From contig CAUZAY010000003.1 of NCBI GenBank assembly GCA_963577695.1, positions 1 through 47,651 on the forward strand: a stretch of 47,651 bases of DNA, written 5' to 3'. The notes under the pieces were generated by a model. It saw nothing but the letters and a program-made list of their open reading frames with translations, searched no databases and was not told where the DNA came from. Position numbers and translations under genes: made by a program. Shown here piece after piece: positions 43,407 to 47,651 of the stretch. This stretch comes from Vicinamibacteria bacterium. Its GTDB lineage: Bacteria; Acidobacteriota; Vicinamibacteria; Vicinamibacterales; UBA8438. How positions within the stretch are numbered: the first letter of the stretch is position 1; each line of letters begins with the position of its first letter.

Positions 43407-45265
43407 TCCGCGATACCCGTGGCCTGAGGGGTGGCGTCCGGCACGGTCTCTCGCAGTAGCTCGTCGACCGATTCCGGCTCGTCGAGTGACCGCCCGACCG
43501 ACAACCGGGCGCACATGCGTCCGTACAGTTCGCTGGTGGCCAGCAGCGTCTCATGCGGGCCCTGCGCGACCAGACGCCCGTCATCCAGGACGAGGATCCG
43601 GTTGGCATCGCGAATCGTCGACAGCCGGTGCGCGATCACCAGGGTCGTGTGACGCGGGCGCAGCCGCCTGAGCGCATCGAACACCGCTTCTTCGGAGATG
43701 GCATCGATCGCCGATGTGGGTTCATCGAGAATCAGGATCGGGGCCCGCTTCAGCAACGCGCGGGCGATACCCAATCGTTGCCGTTCTCCTCCCGACAAGG
43801 TGGCGCCCCCTTCCGCGACCGGGGTGTCATAGCCCTGCGGAAGCCGTCGCACGAACACGTCCACGTGAGCGGCACGCGCCGCCGCCTCTACCTCGGCGTC
43901 GGTGGCGTCCAGCCGTCCGTATCGAATGTTGTCGGCGATGGAACCGCTGAAGAGCACCGGGGTCTGCGGCACCAGCGCGATCCGGTCGCGCAGCGAGCGG
44001 AGCGCGAAGTGCGCCACATTGGTGTCGTCGATCAGGACGCGCCCCTCCCGCGGCTCGAAAAACCGGGGGATGAGATTGACGAGCGTCGTCTTGCCGGCGC
44101 CGGTCAATCCGACGATGGCCACCAGTTCGCCGGGGCGGGCCTCGAAGCTGATGCCGTCGAGCACCGTCCGGTCGTCGTCGTAGCTGAAGCCGACGCCCTC
44201 GAAGCGCACGTGGCCGCCGACCTGGGACGCGTCGATGGCGTCGGGCGCGTCCATGACCTCTGGCGCCAGTCCCAGGATTTCCCGCACCCGGCGCGCGCTG
44301 ACCACGGCCTGCTGCAACAGACCGGTCGTCCGCGCGATTTCTGAGATCGGTTCGTAGACGGCGGCGAGATACGCCACTACGACCAAGAGCGTGCCCACGG
44401 TGATTCGGCCATCGAGCACGTGCAGACCGCCGATGACCAGAATCAACGCGGTGCCGGACAGCGTGATGGCGGTGACCGCCACCGAGAACAGCGACTCACG
44501 CCAGGTCAGTGACAACCGGGCGCCCATGGTGGCGCGGCCGTCCCGCGAGAAACGAGACAGTTCGTGACGTTCTCGAGTGAAGCTCTTGACGGCGGCGATC
44601 GAGGACAGAATTTCGAACGTGCGCTCGATGAGCGACGACTCGAGCGTCTTGACCTGTTCGGCGTGGTCGGTCAGGGCCCCGGCGTGATACCGCAGGCACA
44701 GGAACAGAAACGGAGCCACACTCAGCGACAGCCAGGCGAGCGGGGCATCGATGTAGAGCAACACGGCGAACATCACGCTCAGGTTGATGGCCGCCAGCGC
44801 CAATGGGAACAGCCCGCCGATGATCAGGTCGTCCACGCAGTGCGCGTCGGCATCGAGTCGATAGACCGAATCGGCTGTCCGCGACTGGAGATGATGCCGT
44901 AGGGGCAGCGCCTGCAGGTGCTCCAGCAGGGTCTCGCGAAGGTGATAGACGATGCGCTGGCCCATCTGCACCTGAAGCTGAGTGTGCAGCATCCGAACCA
45001 CTTCCGCTCCCAGCTGAATCAACAGTCCGGCCAGGACGATGAGGACGAGCAGGGCCACCGCACTCGCCAACACGCTCGCTGGCAGCCGGGTCGTCAGAAA
45101 TGCGGGGAGCGGGGTTTCCCCGAACACCGTGTCGACCACGAGCTTGAGCGGCCACGGGGCCAGGGCGGCCAGACCGATCTCCAGCAGGGTCAGCGCCACG
45201 ATGCCGGCGGTGCGACGCTTGTACGGTCGAAGAAACGAGAGGGTCCAGGAGACCAGGCTTGACAC
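43403..45265 (-). CDS. ABC exporter, fused TMD + ATPase (MsbA/NdvA-like)
   Basis: TM domain, Walker A GLTGAGKT, LSGGERQR, ILILDEPTS, IAHRLST; GTG overlaps the upstream TAG. Confidence 0.92.
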   Translation of the reverse strand: MSSLVSWTLSFLRPYKRRTAGIVALTLLEIGLAALAPWPLKLVVDTVFGETPLPAFLTTRLPASVLASAVALLVLIVLAGLLIQLGAEVVRMLHTQLQVQMGQRIVYHLRETLLEHLQALPLRHHLQSRTADSVYRLDADAHCVDDLIIGGLFPLALAAINLSVMFAVLLYIDAPLAWLSLSVAPFLFLCLRYHAGALTDHAEQVKTLESSLIERTFEILSSIAAVKSFTRERHELSRFSRDGRATMGARLSLTWRESLFSVAVTAITLSGTALILVIGGLHVLDGRITVGTLLVVVAYLAAVYEPISEIARTTGLLQQAVVSARRVREILGLAPEVMDAPDAIDASQVGGHVRFEGVGFSYDDDRTVLDGISFEARPGELVAIVGLTGAGKTTLVNLIPRFFEPREGRVLIDDTNVAHFALRSLRDRIALVPQTPVLFSGSIADNIRYGRLDATDAEVEAAARAAHVDVFVRRLPQGYDTPVAEGGATLSGGERQRLGIARALLKRAPILILDEPTSAIDAISEEAVFDALRRLRPRHTTLVIAHRLSTIRDANRILVLDDGRLVAQGPHETLLATSELYGRMCARLSVGRSLDEPESVDELLRETVPDATPQATGIAE

Positions 45266-47651
45266 TAGTGCACCGTATCGGATGCCGCGGTTTCGGCCGG
45301 GGAGGGCGATGGTGCCGCCGCCGGTGGCATCGGTAACCGGATGTGTCCAGCCGCGGTCGTGACGTGGGTCAGAGCCCGGTCGAGCACCGCGGTCGTGCGG
45401 GTCGCCTGCCAGGCTGTCCGAGCCGCGACGCCGACCCCGGCCAACGCCGCCACTACGATGCCGACAGACGGCGTGTAGAGCGCCATCGAGGCGGCCATGC
45501 CGCCGGCCAGCAGCAACGCCAGCGCCAGGCCACGCAGGGTACCGTTGAGATTGGGTCTCAACCGCGTCCGGACCCGGCAGAGACACGCGCCGTCGGCGTG
45601 TTCCTCGACCAGCATCCCCACATGGAGCCAGCCCCAGCGGCCAATGGCGAGGCTCAGGTCTCGATCCGGGCGCCAGCCGTCATCGACGTCTACCCTGGGG
45701 GCTGGTCTCGACGCTCGCAGCACGCCGACCAGCTCGCTCAGCAAGGTCGTGTGGGACGTCCAGGTCTCGCTCCAGAACGACTGTTCCGCGCCGCTGCGGG
45801 TTGAGGCCAGGGCCGCCGAGAGTGCGTCACGCGGACCCGGCACCGGCGTCTTCCACGGGTGACGTGTGACATGCTGTGGCGCGACCGCCTCCGGTTGCGA
45901 CAGACCGCGGAAGCGGCCGCGGGCCCGGGCCAGCGGCTGGATGACATGGAGCCACGTAATCACGGCTCGGTAGACCCAACGACTCGGCGTCAGCGGCCAG
46001 TGCCAGATGCGCGGCACACCGGAGAGATCTGAGCGGCGTGCGAACCGAGCGCAGAGGAACAGGGTCGTCAGCAGGGCCAGGATGCCGGCCACCAGGGGGA
46101 GCCAGGCCGCGTCCATCCCGGCCAGCGGCCCGATGTTGCCGATCAGGAGCAGCGCCACCGTGCCCGCCATCCATGCCGGCGTATGTGGCAGGTAGTGCCA
46201 CTGTCGCGTCTGCGTGCTGTAGACCGACGGGAACGCGGCGGTACCCCAGACCCCCGTGTTCACCCGACGTTCCGCCGCCGTGCGCAGGAACGGGAGAGCG
46301 CTGTAGATGCGGCCGTGCCAGACCATGTGGCCGGCCAGAAACTTCTCCGGGTGGTGCGCGTCGAGCCAGGTCTCACCTTCCCCGTAGCCGACCTGTTGGC
46401 GCCAGTAGGCCTGGACGCTGGCCCGATGATGGTGCCAGACCAGCGCCGCCGGGGCAAAGCCGATCCGAAGGCCTCTCGCTTGCAGACGCCAGCAGATGTC
46501 CACATCGTCGCCGGCGCGTACATAGACCGGGTTGAACCCGTCGATGGCCAGCAAGGCGTCGCGTCGAAACGCCATGTTGCACCCGGGGACGTGTTCCGCT
46601 GTCCGGTCGTCGAGCATCACGTGGGTTGGTCCACCGGGGGCCCGCGCCACGCATTGTGCCATCCACGGGTCATCGGCCGGCACGACGTTGGGGCCGCCCA
46701 CTCCGGCCGCGTCGGAACGCACCATGGGGTGCACCAGATACGTCAGCCAGTCTGGGTCCACCCGGCAGTCGGCATCCGTGTAGGCGACGATCTCACCCGT
46801 CGCGGCGGCCAGACCGGCGTTGCGCGCGGCGCTGAGTCCGCCGTTGAGCAGGTCTACCACCTGGACGCCGGGGTGGCGCCGGGCGATCGCCGCGGTGGCG
46901 TCGCGCGAGCCGTCGTTGATGACGATGAGCTGCGTGCGCGGGTAGGACAGTGCTTCGAGTGAGGTGAGGCAGTCGTCTATCGTGTCGGCCGCGTTGTAGG
47001 CGCAGACGACCACGGACACCTCGGGCCACACCGCCGCCATCGAGACCGGGAACGGCGCCGTCTGAAACACCTGCGTGACGGCCTCCAACGCCGGTTTCGG
47101 CCGCCGCTGTGCGTCGACGAGGCCAAACGCCCAATCGTCCACCTGGCGGCCGCCGCGCCACCAGTCGTCGGTCCAGGCGTAGGCAACGGCTCCGCAGGCA
47201 CCCTCCTCGAACGCGCAGCGAAGGTGCGTCGCCGTGATCCGCGCCTGGCCGTCCGCTCCCTCTCGCAAACTGTCCGCTCCCGCTTCGGCGAGCAAGAGCG
47301 GCCGGTGACCGGCGATGTGCTGCAGTCGGGCCAGGTAGTCTCGGAGCACCGGTTCCTCGTGCAGATAGACGTTGAACGCACACAGGTCGAAACAGTCGAG
47401 GTGGAGGAACTCGGTGGGCGGGTAGTTGACGTAGGTGAAGAGGCCGTGCGGCGCGGCCGCCTTGACGTCGTCGTAGAGCGTCCGGAGAAAACGTTCGACG
47501 CGCTGGTGTCCGTGCCAGCGCACAATTCCACCGGGAATCTCGTTCCCGACCGCGATGATCAACGTCGCCGGATGCGCGGCCAACCGCTTGGCCTCCCGCG
47601 CGGCGTCGGTCCTGATTCGTCTGGGGACACGCGTGTCGTCGAGAAACGGGA
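45265..47651 (-). CDS. Clan GH-A glycoside hydrolase domain + GT2 + TM fusion (5'-truncated by window edge)
   Basis: VGNEI and LAEAG glutamates with AWTDDWW; then SVVVCAYN, NDGSRD, YTDADC, GDDVD, YWRQQVGYG; C-terminal TM helices. The frame is open to the window end. Confidence 0.88.
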   Translation of the reverse strand, partial: PFLDDTRVPRRIRTDAAREAKRLAAHPATLIIAVGNEIPGGIVRWHGHQRVERFLRTLYDDVKAAAPHGLFTYVNYPPTEFLHLDCFDLCAFNVYLHEEPVLRDYLARLQHIAGHRPLLLAEAGADSLREGADGQARITATHLRCAFEEGACGAVAYAWTDDWWRGGRQVDDWAFGLVDAQRRPKPALEAVTQVFQTAPFPVSMAAVWPEVSVVVCAYNAADTIDDCLTSLEALSYPRTQLIVINDGSRDATAAIARRHPGVQVVDLLNGGLSAARNAGLAAATGEIVAYTDADCRVDPDWLTYLVHPMVRSDAAGVGGPNVVPADDPWMAQCVARAPGGPTHVMLDDRTAEHVPGCNMAFRRDALLAIDGFNPVYVRAGDDVDICWRLQARGLRIGFAPAALVWHHHRASVQAYWRQQVGYGEGETWLDAHHPEKFLAGHMVWHGRIYSALPFLRTAAERRVNTGVWGTAAFPSVYSTQTRQWHYLPHTPAWMAGTVALLLIGNIGPLAGMDAAWLPLVAGILALLTTLFLCARFARRSDLSGVPRIWHWPLTPSRWVYRAVITWLHVIQPLARARGRFRGLSQPEAVAPQHVTRHPWKTPVPGPRDALSAALASTRSGAEQSFWSETWTSHTTLLSELVGVLRASRPAPRVDVDDGWRPDRDLSLAIGRWGWLHVGMLVEEHADGACLCRVRTRLRPNLNGTLRGLALALLLAGGMAASMALYTPSVGIVVAALAGVGVAARTAWQATRTTAVLDRALTHVTTAAGHIRLPMPPAAAPSPSPAETAASDTVH

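Overview
GC-rich bacterial window. The gene repertoire and repeat types suggest an Acidobacteriota/Vicinamibacteria-like genome (inference only). From left to right it holds: (1) secreted hydrolases and redox proteins (carboxylesterase, Tat VOC protein, SGNH/AlgX-like, MBL hydrolase, cytochrome c, atypical PQQ dehydrogenase) and a kinase/multicopper-oxidase deletion scar; (2) a four-gene Na+-translocating acyl-CoA (methylmalonyl-CoA-type) decarboxylase operon; (3) three paralogous uncharacterised secreted 'CHEGN'-type proteins, a DUF6152-like protein, a cupin, an IS200-type element and a heme c/copper-monooxygenase fusion; (4) an MNT-HEPN toxin-antitoxin pair; (5) a ~14 kb cluster (22.0-36.3 kb) joining GTP-derived heterocycle enzymes (GTP cyclohydrolase II, creatininase-type amidohydrolase, RibD reductase, PTPS-IV-like) to lipid and surface-transfer enzymes (CDP-alcohol phosphotransferase, GT4, flippase-like, LtaS/sulfatase-like, three methyltransferases), interrupted by a decaying octaheme cytochrome module; (6) a GH-A/GT2 fusion + ABC exporter + GT/GT4/PIG-L/methyltransferase operon running off the right edge. 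Intergenic DNA carries GTAG-type REP palindromes and ERIC-like MITEs that sit on stop codons. No rRNA, tRNA or CRISPR array was seen. Block 5 is the best candidate for an uncharacterised system. All calls come from reading motifs by eye; no database searches were run.
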